Of a stretch of DNA of 64,000 bases, positions 39,196 to 49,212 are shown piece after piece. A program made the translations under genes and the position numbers. Each line of letters opens with the position of its first letter. The stretch's first letter is position 1. Under the pieces are notes generated by a model, which searched no databases, had not been told where the DNA came from, and saw only the letters and a program-made list of their open reading frames with translations. Source of the DNA: Candidatus Obscuribacteraceae bacterium (GTDB lineage: Bacteria; Cyanobacteriota; Vampirovibrionia; Obscuribacterales; Obscuribacteraceae); assembly GCA_044226015.1 (NCBI GenBank), contig JBGAHS010000002.1, forward strand, positions 723,434-787,433, read 5' to 3'.

Positions 39196-39480
39196 TCAAA
39201 TAGCAACTTTAGATTGAATTACTTTTTCAATCTCTCCAATATTCTGCCTCGTGTGGTCGAGCCTCTGATTTACTTCTTCCAGCAATTTTTCCTGGCTCTC
39301 AAGCCTTGTGCGCATGCGATCAATTCTGGCTTTGAGAACACCACGAGCTTTCAGCAAACCTTCTTCGCGACTCTTAGCAGATAACCTTGCTCTCTCCAGG
39401 TCTTCGATAGATTTATGCTGAGCAATCGCCTCAGACGACGCAAGAAAAAGCAGAACAAAAGCGATGAGAATTTCTTTCAT
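39196..39480 (-). CDS. small secreted coiled-coil protein
   Basis: Signal peptide MKEILIAFVLLFLASSEAIA followed by a heptad-rich helix. Confidence 0.7.
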   Translation of the reverse strand: MKEILIAFVLLFLASSEAIAQHKSIEDLERARLSAKSREEGLLKARGVLKARIDRMRTRLESQEKLLEEVNQRLDHTRQNIGEIEKVIQSKVAI

Positions 39481-39872
39481 AATGTTACGCCAAGGAGCAC
39501 GAAGTCACAAAACTTACCATTTATCCCTCAGATAGTCTTCAGAGAATTGCATACAAAGTTCAATTGACCAGTGCATTACTTACCGCTCTGGAAGACTGAT
39601 TGAGGAGCATGATTCAAAACACAACTCGAAAAAACTTTTGACCAAAATCGATTTTCTATCAACAAAAAGCACGCACGCGATAATCAAACTTCGCCCGCCC
39701 AACGCATGTCGGCTGTATATACAAACGCAAATAAATTTCCAAATCTAATGTACGGATCAGCCCTTAGGTTAATGCAAATTGATCGGGACCACTTTAGAAT
39801 TGCCATAGATGAAACAAATGCCAAAGCGGTTGGGTCTGCCCGACCTGTTTTTGTGCGCCAAGGAGTCAACTG

Positions 39873-40139
39873 ATGGTAGAAGGCATACTGGTCGTAAATC
39901 TAGATCCACCCTACGTTGGATTTGTTCAAAACGAGAATAAACCCGGCGACACCAGAAAAAAACGAGGTTCAGTCAAAAACTGCTCTCTAAGCGAGCTCAG
40001 ACTTACCCTTATCGAACTTGGCGCTATAAGCCCAAATCAACAATGGCCACCACGAGATTGCGCCATCAGGGTGCCTGGTAGCTTTAGCGATGATGCACTG
40101 GCAAAAGCGGGGCTAGCTGACGGGCTAAAACGGCACTAA
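39873..40139 (+). CDS. small hypothetical protein
   Basis: AAGGAG RBS, 88 aa, followed by a terminator. Confidence 0.65.
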   Translation: MVEGILVVNLDPPYVGFVQNENKPGDTRKKRGSVKNCSLSELRLTLIELGAISPNQQWPPRDCAIRVPGSFSDDALAKAGLADGLKRH

Positions 40140-40163
40140 GAACACCCACAACTCATATCAAAG

Positions 40164-40195
40164 AAGAAACCCGTGAAGCTCGCGGGTTTCTTTTT
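40164..40195 (+). terminator. intrinsic terminator, possibly bidirectional
   Basis: AAGAAACCCG/CGGGTTTCTT stem plus T-run. Confidence 0.7.
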
Positions 40196-40380
40196 CTATC
40201 CGACCTTATTACTATCCGAACCGATTTCCTGCCCGAGGTTATTACGAACCGAATCCTGTCCGATCTGGTTTCATGCCAGACACTATTCCGGTGCGCACAG
40301 AATCCTGTCCGAACCGATTTCATGCCAGACACTATTCCGGTGCGCACAGAATCCTATCCGAACCGAATCCTATCCGACCT
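40196..40380. repeat. degenerate tandem array seeded on the mannosidase stop codon, including a 49-bp duplication
   Basis: CTATCCGACCT (gene end, 40370-40380) recurs exactly at 40196 and as variants at ~40212, 40256, 40305 and 40354. Confidence 0.85.
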
Positions 40381-43252
40381 GATTCTGCTTCTTACTTGCG
40401 CGTTTTCGTTTAGGCTTTGACTCTGCCACTGCAACTGCAGCAGTAGAAGCTGCTTTCTTGTTCACGCCCTCTTCCAAGCGAAACTTCACAGTTTTGACTT
40501 CATTGGCTAAGAAGTGCATTTCTAAAGCACAAACGTCTCGCTCTTCAAAAGCATCAAACCGCGTTTTCACATAATCTCGGTAAAGAAAAACTTCCTCTCC
40601 AACTTCTTCGTCAAATCGACAAAGATGTGCTGACTTGAAATCAAAGTCGACAAATATTTTTGTTTTGAAAGTTTGATTGCAAGTATTCATGATTCGCACA
40701 AACAGACTTTCGGCATCCTCACTCACATACAATCCCACTATTTTGATCACATCAGTATCAGCTTTAATCAGAGAATGACAGGCAGACTCATTGATAGAGG
40801 AAAGAGTTAGGAATGGTTCTTGCTCATACGCATCCGCACAATCATATGCCTCAGCCAGACTCAAATCATCCAAGCTGTCAGCCATCGTGCTAGTCTTTCG
40901 CCCCGTCCACAGAGGCGCCCAGCCATAAGAAACCTTATTTAGACCGAAACAATTTGCTCCGTCAACCCGCACATGAGGACCAGCACCACCACCTCTAGTT
41001 TGCATTCGTCCCCGAGAGAGAATTGGTACTGAGCGAAGCAATGTAAGCAGTATTCCATCACCATCAACCCCATACTCCGGCAAGCCTTTGTTCAAAAACA
41101 ATTGCTTGTTGCACACAACAAAGCGCTGCGCCGGATATCGATCGCATGGGGCTTCATTAGCGACTTCTACGGGAAGCTTCAACTCTGGCTCACCTTTCAT
41201 TTGGTGATAACGGCGCACCAGGCTGAAGTGATTTTCAGAGAACGAACAATGTACTGGGCTTCCCGTAGACATGAAAAGTTCAAGCCTGTGCCCTGATGAT
41301 CTATTTTGCCAGGTGGTTTCGAACTCAAGCATACGGCTTCCTTTTTTCAGAATTACCTCGGTTTGTATTTCATGCTTGATCTTCTGCTTGCTTCTCTTAA
41401 GATTTGCAATACTGCCCGGTTTGACGGCGGCTTTGTCTTCAAGAATTGCCTCAGGAATTTCTATTTCGTAGCTCAGAAGCAGTGAAGCCACAAGCGGACC
41501 TTTTCGCCCCACAGCCACCGACACCAGTTTCGCATGACTGGGTTTGTCTCCCAGCACCGGATCAAAATTATAAGTGTCGCCACCATCTGCAGTGTCACGC
41601 AATAAATGCTGCAATATATAATGCTCGCTCTTGCCGACGGGCGGCTGGAAGACAACCGCGAGATTGGACTTATCATCAACAAAAACTTCCAGTATTCCAT
41701 TATCGAGAGTCTTACCTTTCACCTTGCAATCAGCGAATTTACTCTCGACATTTTGCAAAGGCCAGGCGAAGTTAGCTTCTGCAAGCCCCTCTACTTCATC
41801 TATCCACACCCATGCATCTTTTCTTTCAAATAGCTTGTAATAAGGCACCTGTCCCCACCCTGAAAAGAGCTGGTCAACAGTCTCAGTTTGCTCTATCTGA
41901 ACCATAGAGGCACCAAAGGACAGGGGCTGTTCGAGCTTCTCGAACCAGCTGAAAGGAACCACACCCCTGAATGTGCGTGCGGATGAATTGATTACCCTCA
42001 AGCGATTCAAATTTGAATCAGGGTCATTCCAATTGCTTGCCGAACTTGCAGAAAGCCCCGACAAAACACAGCGAGCTTCGTCGAGCAGTGCGTCAGCAAC
42101 CTGATGGAAACGAACACTGCGACTCATCATTTCGTCGTGCACAGCATCGACGCTACATCCGCAAATACTGTCGTGTGGATGATTCTTCAACAAGAGCTTG
42201 AGCATATATTCGAGTTCTTGATGCGGATATCGCGCCATCTTCCGCACCTGCAAGATGCTCAACAATGGCTCTATCATGCGAAATAGGCGCCTCTCGGCTT
42301 CTCTATTTTCGCGCTTCAAATATAGCCGCGTGGACAGAACCCCTTGAAGAATATAAGCATTTGCATGCGTTGCAGCGGCAGCATTATCACGCAATTCTTT
42401 GGAGACCATTCCTACAAGCGCAAAGTCTTTCTTTGCCTGTGCCTCGAGAAGCTGAACAAACTCACCTAAGTGGACAGTTTCAATTTCCAGTTTTGAGTTT
42501 TTCAGATGTTGATTAAGCAAATTGATATTCGCATTTAAATCTCGCGGCGGCGCGCTGTGATCAGCACCAATCGGATACAAAAGTAGATCTGGTGTCTTGT
42601 CATAGAGACTGGGATTGTCCCACTGCGACTTATCATCAACGAGCTTTTGCAGTTCTTCTTTTAGTTTTTCCAGATTATTACTGTCCAGCCCTTCCTTGAC
42701 TTTTTCCGTGAGTGAAGTCTGGTAGTACCCCTTGCTCAAATGATAGGCAAGAACCTGACTTCCATCGCTGCTCTTCCACCAGAAACAGGGACCATAGCTA
42801 AGTTGTGGAACGCCACGCCACAAAATTGCATTTCGAATTCCAAAGCCATTTAAAATTCGCGGAAGGTCTTGAGAGTGTCCGAAGGTGTCTGGTGAATAGC
42901 CAACTAATTCCGGCTTGCCAAACTTTTTTACCGTGTCAACTCCAAGCTTGAGATTGCGCACAAGACTCTCGCCCGAAACCAACATTTCATCAGGCATCAC
43001 ATACCAGGGCCCCGCAGCCAGCTCACCCTTTTCCATCATTGCCTTAACTCTGCCTGCGAGTTCTGGAGCTATAGCCAGAGCATCATCCAATATGATTGCT
43101 TGCCCATCAAGGTAAAAGCGCGACAATTTGTCAGACTCAAGGTCTTCCAAAATTTGCTTCAATACCTTAACCAGGTAAAGACGAAAAGTTTCAAAAGGTT
43201 GATACCACTCGCGATCCCAATGGGTGTGAGTGTACGCGTAAACCTTTTTCAC
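40370..43252 (-). CDS. glycoside hydrolase family 38 alpha-mannosidase
   Basis: HTHWDREWY, LDGQ, GPWYVMPDE, PDTFGHS, HPHDSICGCSVD and DGGDTYNF. Confidence 0.93.
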   Translation of the reverse strand: MKKVYAYTHTHWDREWYQPFETFRLYLVKVLKQILEDLESDKLSRFYLDGQAIILDDALAIAPELAGRVKAMMEKGELAAGPWYVMPDEMLVSGESLVRNLKLGVDTVKKFGKPELVGYSPDTFGHSQDLPRILNGFGIRNAILWRGVPQLSYGPCFWWKSSDGSQVLAYHLSKGYYQTSLTEKVKEGLDSNNLEKLKEELQKLVDDKSQWDNPSLYDKTPDLLLYPIGADHSAPPRDLNANINLLNQHLKNSKLEIETVHLGEFVQLLEAQAKKDFALVGMVSKELRDNAAAATHANAYILQGVLSTRLYLKRENREAERRLFRMIEPLLSILQVRKMARYPHQELEYMLKLLLKNHPHDSICGCSVDAVHDEMMSRSVRFHQVADALLDEARCVLSGLSASSASNWNDPDSNLNRLRVINSSARTFRGVVPFSWFEKLEQPLSFGASMVQIEQTETVDQLFSGWGQVPYYKLFERKDAWVWIDEVEGLAEANFAWPLQNVESKFADCKVKGKTLDNGILEVFVDDKSNLAVVFQPPVGKSEHYILQHLLRDTADGGDTYNFDPVLGDKPSHAKLVSVAVGRKGPLVASLLLSYEIEIPEAILEDKAAVKPGSIANLKRSKQKIKHEIQTEVILKKGSRMLEFETTWQNRSSGHRLELFMSTGSPVHCSFSENHFSLVRRYHQMKGEPELKLPVEVANEAPCDRYPAQRFVVCNKQLFLNKGLPEYGVDGDGILLTLLRSVPILSRGRMQTRGGGAGPHVRVDGANCFGLNKVSYGWAPLWTGRKTSTMADSLDDLSLAEAYDCADAYEQEPFLTLSSINESACHSLIKADTDVIKIVGLYVSEDAESLFVRIMNTCNQTFKTKIFVDFDFKSAHLCRFDEEVGEEVFLYRDYVKTRFDAFEERDVCALEMHFLANEVKTVKFRLEEGVNKKAASTAAVAVAESKPKRKRASKKQNQVG

Positions 43253-43278
43253 AGCTAAATCCTCAATTTGAGAATTAC

Positions 43279-44157
43279 TCAGTACTTAACCAGTGGAGCC
43301 AACAATTTGACACTGCTGTCTAATGCTTCAAGCAGTGCATTCTCACTCTCGAGAGAGTAGTCATCATTGAATTGAACAGAAAGGTCACCAGAATACTCGT
43401 AGAGTTTAAGCGCTTCGATAAACTGCCCCCAATCTACCTGCCCTTTCCCAACAGTCATGTAGCGCCACCATAACGGTCCGAAAATTCCGTTTTCAGAAAT
43501 TATCTGGCGATTTACATGCACATCTTGTGCTTCGACATGCTCGATTGCAGGCACAAGCGCCGGCAAAATTTTCAGGTAATCGATGCCCTGCCAGGCACAA
43601 TCTGCAACAGAGAATGAAAGAGAAAGGTCGGGCACTCCTGCCAGCAAATTTCTCCACTCTTGTGGCTCGATTGGCCGCCAACTGCGCAACGACTTGCCAC
43701 GATATTTTTCGGGTGCAGCAAGACTCAGCGTCAATCTAATTTCTCTGTCCTTGAGGGAGGAAAGAATCGGATTCAAAACATTTTCAACTGATTCAATCCA
43801 GTTATCGTGAGGCTCTGCAATAAGATAGAAAATTATTCTTTTACACGAGAGTGCTTCGGCAACATTAGCTAGCTTCTCAGTTTGCGCTTTAAAATCCGCA
43901 ACAGACTTTTCTTCGCTGACTTTCAATGCAATTCCATTACGTAAGCAAAGAATCTGCACAGAGTTGCTGCTTGCAGCATCAGCAATGCCATTCAGAAATT
44001 CTTTTTCCTCATCACTGAGTGCTGAAGACTCAGACTCATCGCCCAAATTTGCAAAGGTAAATTCACAAGTCGGAATTTGCTTTTGCGCAGCAAGCTCTAT
44101 GGCTTCTTGCAGCCCGGTACCAAATCTGGTGGCATCAAAACATAATCGCATGCGCAC
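43279..44157 (-). CDS. sugar-phosphate isomerase/epimerase-like TIM-barrel protein
   Basis: WQGIDY, HVEAQD, WWRYMTVGKGQVDW and YSGDLSV patterns; some metal ligands look substituted. Confidence 0.75.
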   Translation of the reverse strand: MRMRLCFDATRFGTGLQEAIELAAQKQIPTCEFTFANLGDESESSALSDEEKEFLNGIADAASSNSVQILCLRNGIALKVSEEKSVADFKAQTEKLANVAEALSCKRIIFYLIAEPHDNWIESVENVLNPILSSLKDREIRLTLSLAAPEKYRGKSLRSWRPIEPQEWRNLLAGVPDLSLSFSVADCAWQGIDYLKILPALVPAIEHVEAQDVHVNRQIISENGIFGPLWWRYMTVGKGQVDWGQFIEALKLYEYSGDLSVQFNDDYSLESENALLEALDSSVKLLAPLVKY

Positions 44158-44207
44158 CAGTCTAACACACTGACAACACGATTTCGGAAGATCGCGACTT
44201 CAGCTCT

Positions 44208-44846
44208 TTAGAGGTGGATGAGATAGTCTCTCCGAATTCGTGGGTCGAGCAATTCATTAATATCCATGCGCACGCAAGAGACAGCGGAGTAATCTCCGTT
44301 TCTCAATATCGACAGGCTCACTGAAGTACCAGGGGTTCCAACAATAAGGTCGAAGACTTCATCTTTACTCAGTCCAGATGTAGGAACTCCGTCAACCGCG
44401 ACAATCATGTCTGAAATTCTCAAACCGACTCTTTCCGCCGGTGTATTTGGGAAAATCTCGTTAATGACAGGCGGCTTGCCCATCTGGGCAACGAACTTTA
44501 CACCTATGATTCCGATGGAACTCTGCGCCTGCGCCCGCAATGGGTTGGAGTCATCACGAACACGTGCCTTCAAGGCGTCGGACTGCCCCTTTTTCGCACC
44601 TGTCATCAGGCGCCCCTTCTTGCCATTGCGCTTGTCAACATGCTGGACACCGCCTTGCAAGGTAGCAGCGGGAGCACGCTCGATGGGCGGAGGTGTATCC
44701 ATTTTCGGCTCAGCGGCCTGGTAATTCTGCGCGAACGCACCTATTTCAGGTGCCAAAGATAAGAAAAGAAGAGCCGGACCCAAAAGGAGTGTTTTACACA
44801 ATGTTTTGTAAGTCAGACTATTTTTGTCGCATCTTTCTACATGCAT
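44208..44846 (-). CDS. exported PDZ-domain protein
   Basis: Hydrophobic leader and PDZ motif IGIIGVKF...NTPAERVGLRISDMIVAVDG; start approximate. Confidence 0.8.
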   Translation of the reverse strand: MHVERCDKNSLTYKTLCKTLLLGPALLFLSLAPEIGAFAQNYQAAEPKMDTPPPIERAPAATLQGGVQHVDKRNGKKGRLMTGAKKGQSDALKARVRDDSNPLRAQAQSSIGIIGVKFVAQMGKPPVINEIFPNTPAERVGLRISDMIVAVDGVPTSGLSKDEVFDLIVGTPGTSVSLSILRNGDYSAVSCVRMDINELLDPRIRRDYLIHL

Positions 44847-45149
44847 ACGATTCAGCCTTCTAATGTATTGCCGGGTTCTCTGAAAAAAGACGTCAAGCCC
44901 ATTGCTCTGTTCCCGACTTCCTAAAATGATTATGCCACCGATAACCAACAGCCGCAGCAGGGAAAACACGGAAACAAACAAAATTCTGTCTTAAGCTTTC
45001 TTGATGCCTTTTTTCCTCAGAGCCCGCCCCCAGGGCGGATCGCCTCGAAAATCAGGCTCTGACCTGCGTGTTAACCTGAGGCATCGGTTCCGTTAGCTAG
45101 ATGGCGTTCGCCACCTTGGCGTCGTAGACCCGGAAGAGGAGGAAAAACC

Positions 45150-46094
45150 GTGAGTAAAGTCACTGTAATTGGTTCTGGAAATGTGGGCGCAACAGTAGCT
45201 CAGTATGTTGCAGAAAAGAACATTTCCGACGTGGTTCTCATCGACATTCTTGAAGGAATTCCACAGGGCAAGAGCCTTGATTTGATGGAAGCAGCTCCTA
45301 TCAACATGCATGACCGCAAACTGTTCGGAACCAATGATTACAAAGACACCAAAGATTCTGAAATCGTTGTCATCACAGCAGGTATCGCTCGCAAACCCGG
45401 AATGTCTCGCGATGATTTGCTAAAGACAAACGCTAACATCGTTCAATCATGCGTCAAAGAAGCACAGAAGCACTCGCCAGACGCAATATTCATCACGGTT
45501 ACAAACCCGCTTGATGTAATGACCTACCTCACATGGAAGACAAGCAAGCTTCCAACAAACAAAGTTATCGGTATGGCCGGAGTTCTGGACAGCGCTCGTT
45601 TCCAAGCTTTCATCGGCATGGAGCTGAACATGTCAGTTCAAGACGTTCGCGCCATGGTTCTCGGTGGACACGGCGATTTGATGGTTCCAGTACCGAAGTA
45701 TTCAACAGTAAACGGCGTTCCTATAACTGAACTGATGAGCGCTGAAAGAGTTGAAGCTCTTTGCCAACGCACACGTGACGGCGGCGCTGAAATCGTGAAA
45801 CTGCTGAAGACCGGCAGCGCGTTCTACGCTCCTGGCGCTTCCGCTGCACACATGGTTGAAGCCATTCTTCGTGACCAGAACCGCTTGCTGCCTTGCTGCG
45901 TTTACGCTGATGGGCACTACGGACTCAAAGATGTTTACGTTGGGCTACCAGCAGTTCTCGGCAAAGGTGGCGTGAAGAAGGTTGTTGAGCTCGACCTGGG
46001 CAAAGAAAACCTCGATTCTCTGCACAAGTCAGCTGCATCCATTCGCGAAAACATTGATGCAATGAACTCGTTGCTCTCACCAGCAGCTTGCTAA
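45150..46094 (+). CDS. mdh: malate dehydrogenase (LDH-like)
   Basis: IGSGNVG, ARKPGMSRDDL, NPLD, LDSARF and GGHGD motifs. Confidence 0.97.
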   Translation: MSKVTVIGSGNVGATVAQYVAEKNISDVVLIDILEGIPQGKSLDLMEAAPINMHDRKLFGTNDYKDTKDSEIVVITAGIARKPGMSRDDLLKTNANIVQSCVKEAQKHSPDAIFITVTNPLDVMTYLTWKTSKLPTNKVIGMAGVLDSARFQAFIGMELNMSVQDVRAMVLGGHGDLMVPVPKYSTVNGVPITELMSAERVEALCQRTRDGGAEIVKLLKTGSAFYAPGASAAHMVEAILRDQNRLLPCCVYADGHYGLKDVYVGLPAVLGKGGVKKVVELDLGKENLDSLHKSAASIRENIDAMNSLLSPAAC

Positions 46095-46114
46095 TCTGCT
46101 GAACTTAAACATTC

Positions 46115-46150
46115 AAAGGCGAGACCGAAACTATTTCTGGTCTCGCCTTT
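46115..46150 (+). terminator. intrinsic terminator after mdh
   Basis: AAAGGCGAGACC/GGTCTCGCCTTT inverted repeat. Confidence 0.8.
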
Positions 46151-46203
46151 ATGCAAGCTATTAGCTTGACAGCGCAGAGAGCACTTGCAGTAAAGCCCGG
46201 TTG

Positions 46204-46236
46204 CGCAGATATTCCCGAAAACTCAAACGGTACCGG
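46204..46236 (+). repeat. solo copy of the GGTACC palindromic repeat family
   Basis: CGCAGATATTCCCGAAAACTCAAACGGTACCGG matches the 25.9-kb units. Confidence 0.8.
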
Positions 46237-46378
46237 AACAGCCTCTTTGAATCGTCGTCAAGAGATCTCGTCCCGTCCGTTGTCTAAAACCTGCCAAACA
46301 CAATATGAACAACATGAGGGCAAATTCTTTCCTGCAACACCCTCAGTGTCGCTATAATGTCGGAATTATGCGTGAATT

Positions 46379-47338
46379 ATGGAGCCAGTCGTGCATCAAC
46401 GAAATCTTTTCAACGTCTCACTAACAGCCTTGTGCAGTCTTTTCTTAGCGCAAGTTCCTGCCGCAGTACATGCAGCTGACGCAGCACCCGCTACAAGCAA
46501 CCTTGCTGCCGCCGCTGAAGAGTCAAAAAAGGAAGTGGAGAAGCTTATCTCCAGCTTCGAGAAAGACTGGAATTCGCATAACATCGATGCGGTAATGGCT
46601 TACTATGATGAATCTTACGCAAACAATGATGGTTTCGACAAGAAAGCGATTCAGCAATTAACGCAAGATTTGTGGAAAGCTTATCCGGACATTAAGTCAA
46701 GCTCTATGGTGAAGCTGGTTCGCGTTGACGGACCTTACGCTGCAGTCGAGTCAAAAGATGAAGCAACTGGCAACACAGCTGACGAAATGGCTGGGCTGGG
46801 AACAAAGGGCGAACTGAAATCACTCTCCGAAGGGCAACTTTACCTGAAGAAGATGGGCACAAAGTGGCGCATCATCGGAGACAGAATCGATTACGAAAAA
46901 ATCAGAGTCAGCTACGGTCTTGCAAAACAACTAGAACCAGTTTTCTCAGCGCCAGACCAGGTTCGCGCAGGCAAGCAATATTCAGCACGACTGGAAGTTG
47001 ACCTGCCAACTGGATTAGCGGCAACAGGCTCAATTGGGCAAGCAACAGTAATCTATCCACTGCCCAAGAAAACTCCAGATAAGTTCAAACCAATTGGTGA
47101 CCCAATCACCGAGCACCCACTGCTCGAGCGCATGATGGTGGCAAACACCAAAAATAGAAACGAGCTTCTAATGGCTTCCATCGCCTTGACGAACGCATCT
47201 GGCAACTCAATTATGGGTTATGTCATGCTGACACGCCGACTTAATGTCATTCCACCACTGGAAGAAGAAAAGCCAGCAGCAGCAGATACAACAGCCTCAG
47301 CTGAGCCAAAAGAGTCTCACAGCGAATCCACAAAATAG
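46379..47338 (+). CDS. exported NTF2/SnoaL-like domain protein
   Basis: Signal peptide; NTF2-like pattern WNSHNIDAVMAYYDESYANNDG...LWKAYPDI. Confidence 0.7.
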   Translation: MEPVVHQRNLFNVSLTALCSLFLAQVPAAVHAADAAPATSNLAAAAEESKKEVEKLISSFEKDWNSHNIDAVMAYYDESYANNDGFDKKAIQQLTQDLWKAYPDIKSSSMVKLVRVDGPYAAVESKDEATGNTADEMAGLGTKGELKSLSEGQLYLKKMGTKWRIIGDRIDYEKIRVSYGLAKQLEPVFSAPDQVRAGKQYSARLEVDLPTGLAATGSIGQATVIYPLPKKTPDKFKPIGDPITEHPLLERMMVANTKNRNELLMASIALTNASGNSIMGYVMLTRRLNVIPPLEEEKPAAADTTASAEPKESHSESTK

Positions 47339-47342
47339 ACCG

Positions 47343-47864
47343 ATGAGCCATAAAGGCAGTAAATGGATTCTTCCTATTGTTCTGTCTTTGAGCGCATTTG
47401 CTGCTGATTTTGCCAGCAAAGCATGGGCAAATCAAAATTTGCAATTGGGCAACTCCGTCATCTTCATTCCAGGATTTATGCGCTTCACTCTGGCGCGAAA
47501 CACTGGCGGCGCCTGGAGTATTGGTCGCGACAACCCTCTGTTCATGACCATTCTGGCTTCCACAATCGTATTGGGGCTGAGCTTCTGGCTCTGGAAAAGA
47601 GAGCAATCTGATTCACCACCAGGCAAGCTCGAACGCAGCGGAATAGCCTTGATTATGGGCGGCGCAATAGGCAATCTTTTTGATCGTTTTACACGCGGCG
47701 AAGTAACCGATTTTCTCGATTTTGCTTTCATGCAATTTCCGATCTTCAACGTAGCAGACTCGCTTATTGATATTGGTGCCGGGCTAATTGTAATTAGCGC
47801 GCTGTTCTTGCAATCAAAGGCTGAAACGGCGAAAGCAGACTCGAAGGACGCAGCTATCGAATAG
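47343..47864 (+). CDS. lspA: lipoprotein signal peptidase II
   Basis: DFASK, NTGGAWS, GGAIGNLFDR, VTDF and FNVADS. Confidence 0.95.
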   Translation: MSHKGSKWILPIVLSLSAFAADFASKAWANQNLQLGNSVIFIPGFMRFTLARNTGGAWSIGRDNPLFMTILASTIVLGLSFWLWKREQSDSPPGKLERSGIALIMGGAIGNLFDRFTRGEVTDFLDFAFMQFPIFNVADSLIDIGAGLIVISALFLQSKAETAKADSKDAAIE

Positions 47865-47904
47865 GCTCTGTCATCAAGATGACGAACATTCAGAGAGATG
47901 AATT

Positions 47905-48849
47905 TTGGTTGAAATAATAAGAGTCGAGGCAGAAGAAATAGTTGAGGGCGAGCCGCGACTCGATCTATACGTTTCGAACAAACTCAAAGAAAGCCACGAC
48001 CTGAGCCGTTCGCGCGTGCAAAAACTTATTGAAGATGGAAAGGTACTGGTCAACAAAAAAATTGCCAAAGCATCATTACGCATCTACGGAAAAGAAATTA
48101 TAGAGCTGGAACTTCCAGACCCAGTTGAACTAGAACTGAAGCCACAAGCCATTCCTCTAAATATCGTTTACGAAGATGATCAGCTTCTCGTGATTGATAA
48201 AGACACAGGAATGGTCGTGCACCCCGGCGCCGGAGTGCATGAAGGCACACTGGTCAACGCACTTCTGGAACACTGCAAGGGACGCCTCCCAGGCATCGCA
48301 GGCACCATGCGCCCTGGCATCGTGCACCGCTTAGATAAGGACACTTCTGGCTTGCTCGTTGTAGCTAAAACCGACGCTGCTCACAGCAGTCTTTCAGCGC
48401 AAATAAGTGCACGCGAAGTAAAACGCATTTACTACGCTTTACTCGAAGGCTGCCCTCCAAACGATGCCGGAATAGTAGACAAGCCGATTGGCCGCCATAA
48501 GACTGACCGCAAAAAGATGGCAATTAGCGAAACCGGGCGCCCAGCACAAACCCACTACCAGATTGTTCAGCACTGGCGCAAATTCACACTCATTAAGGCA
48601 AGTTTGAAGACAGGTCGAACACATCAAATTCGCGTTCATATGGCCAGCTTGAATTGCCCGGTTGTTGCAGACATTGTTTACAACCAAAAAAGCACCGGCA
48701 ACGAGGCAGCACGCCAGAAATTGGGACTTAGAGGACATGCATTGCATGCAACTTATCTAGCCTTTCGACATCCTGAGAGCGGCTTGCTGTTAGAATTTGA
48801 GTCAAAGTTACCTCTTGAGTTTCAACGCCTTCTAGACAGTCTCAGTTAG
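47905..48849 (+). CDS. rluD: RluA-family pseudouridine synthase with S4 domain
   Basis: SRSRVQKLI, GIVHRLDKDTSGL and TGRTHQIRVH. Confidence 0.92.
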   Translation: MVEIIRVEAEEIVEGEPRLDLYVSNKLKESHDLSRSRVQKLIEDGKVLVNKKIAKASLRIYGKEIIELELPDPVELELKPQAIPLNIVYEDDQLLVIDKDTGMVVHPGAGVHEGTLVNALLEHCKGRLPGIAGTMRPGIVHRLDKDTSGLLVVAKTDAAHSSLSAQISAREVKRIYYALLEGCPPNDAGIVDKPIGRHKTDRKKMAISETGRPAQTHYQIVQHWRKFTLIKASLKTGRTHQIRVHMASLNCPVVADIVYNQKSTGNEAARQKLGLRGHALHATYLAFRHPESGLLLEFESKLPLEFQRLLDSLS

Positions 48850-48851
48850 AC

Positions 48852-49199
48852 ATGACACCAAAAGCTCGATTCATCATAATAAATCTCGTAGGACTAGCGG
48901 GCGCACTCTCGTTTTTTGCGCTCTGCCGCGACACCATCACATTCAACTACAACGGCTTACCACTGGCGTCAACGCCAGGCTTTCTAGTTGTGATTTCATA
49001 TGTTATTGGAGCTGTTATTGGCTCTTGCTCTGTCGTTCCATTCATCAGCGGAAAACAGAGTGAAAACGTCGCTAAATTGAAAGAGTGGCAATCTCAAGAC
49101 GCAAAGCTAGCTCTCGAAGTTCAAACTGACAAAGAGAAGCAATTAGAGCAAAAGATAGTTACGCTAGAAGCTGCACTGAAACAGGCTTTGAATAAATAA
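48852..49199 (+). CDS. LapA-like small membrane protein
   Basis: Two TMs plus a C-terminal coiled coil ending IVTLEAALKQAL. Confidence 0.55.
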   Translation: MTPKARFIIINLVGLAGALSFFALCRDTITFNYNGLPLASTPGFLVVISYVIGAVIGSCSVVPFISGKQSENVAKLKEWQSQDAKLALEVQTDKEKQLEQKIVTLEAALKQALNK

Positions 49200-49212
49200 G
49201 AGCTGCAGGCAT

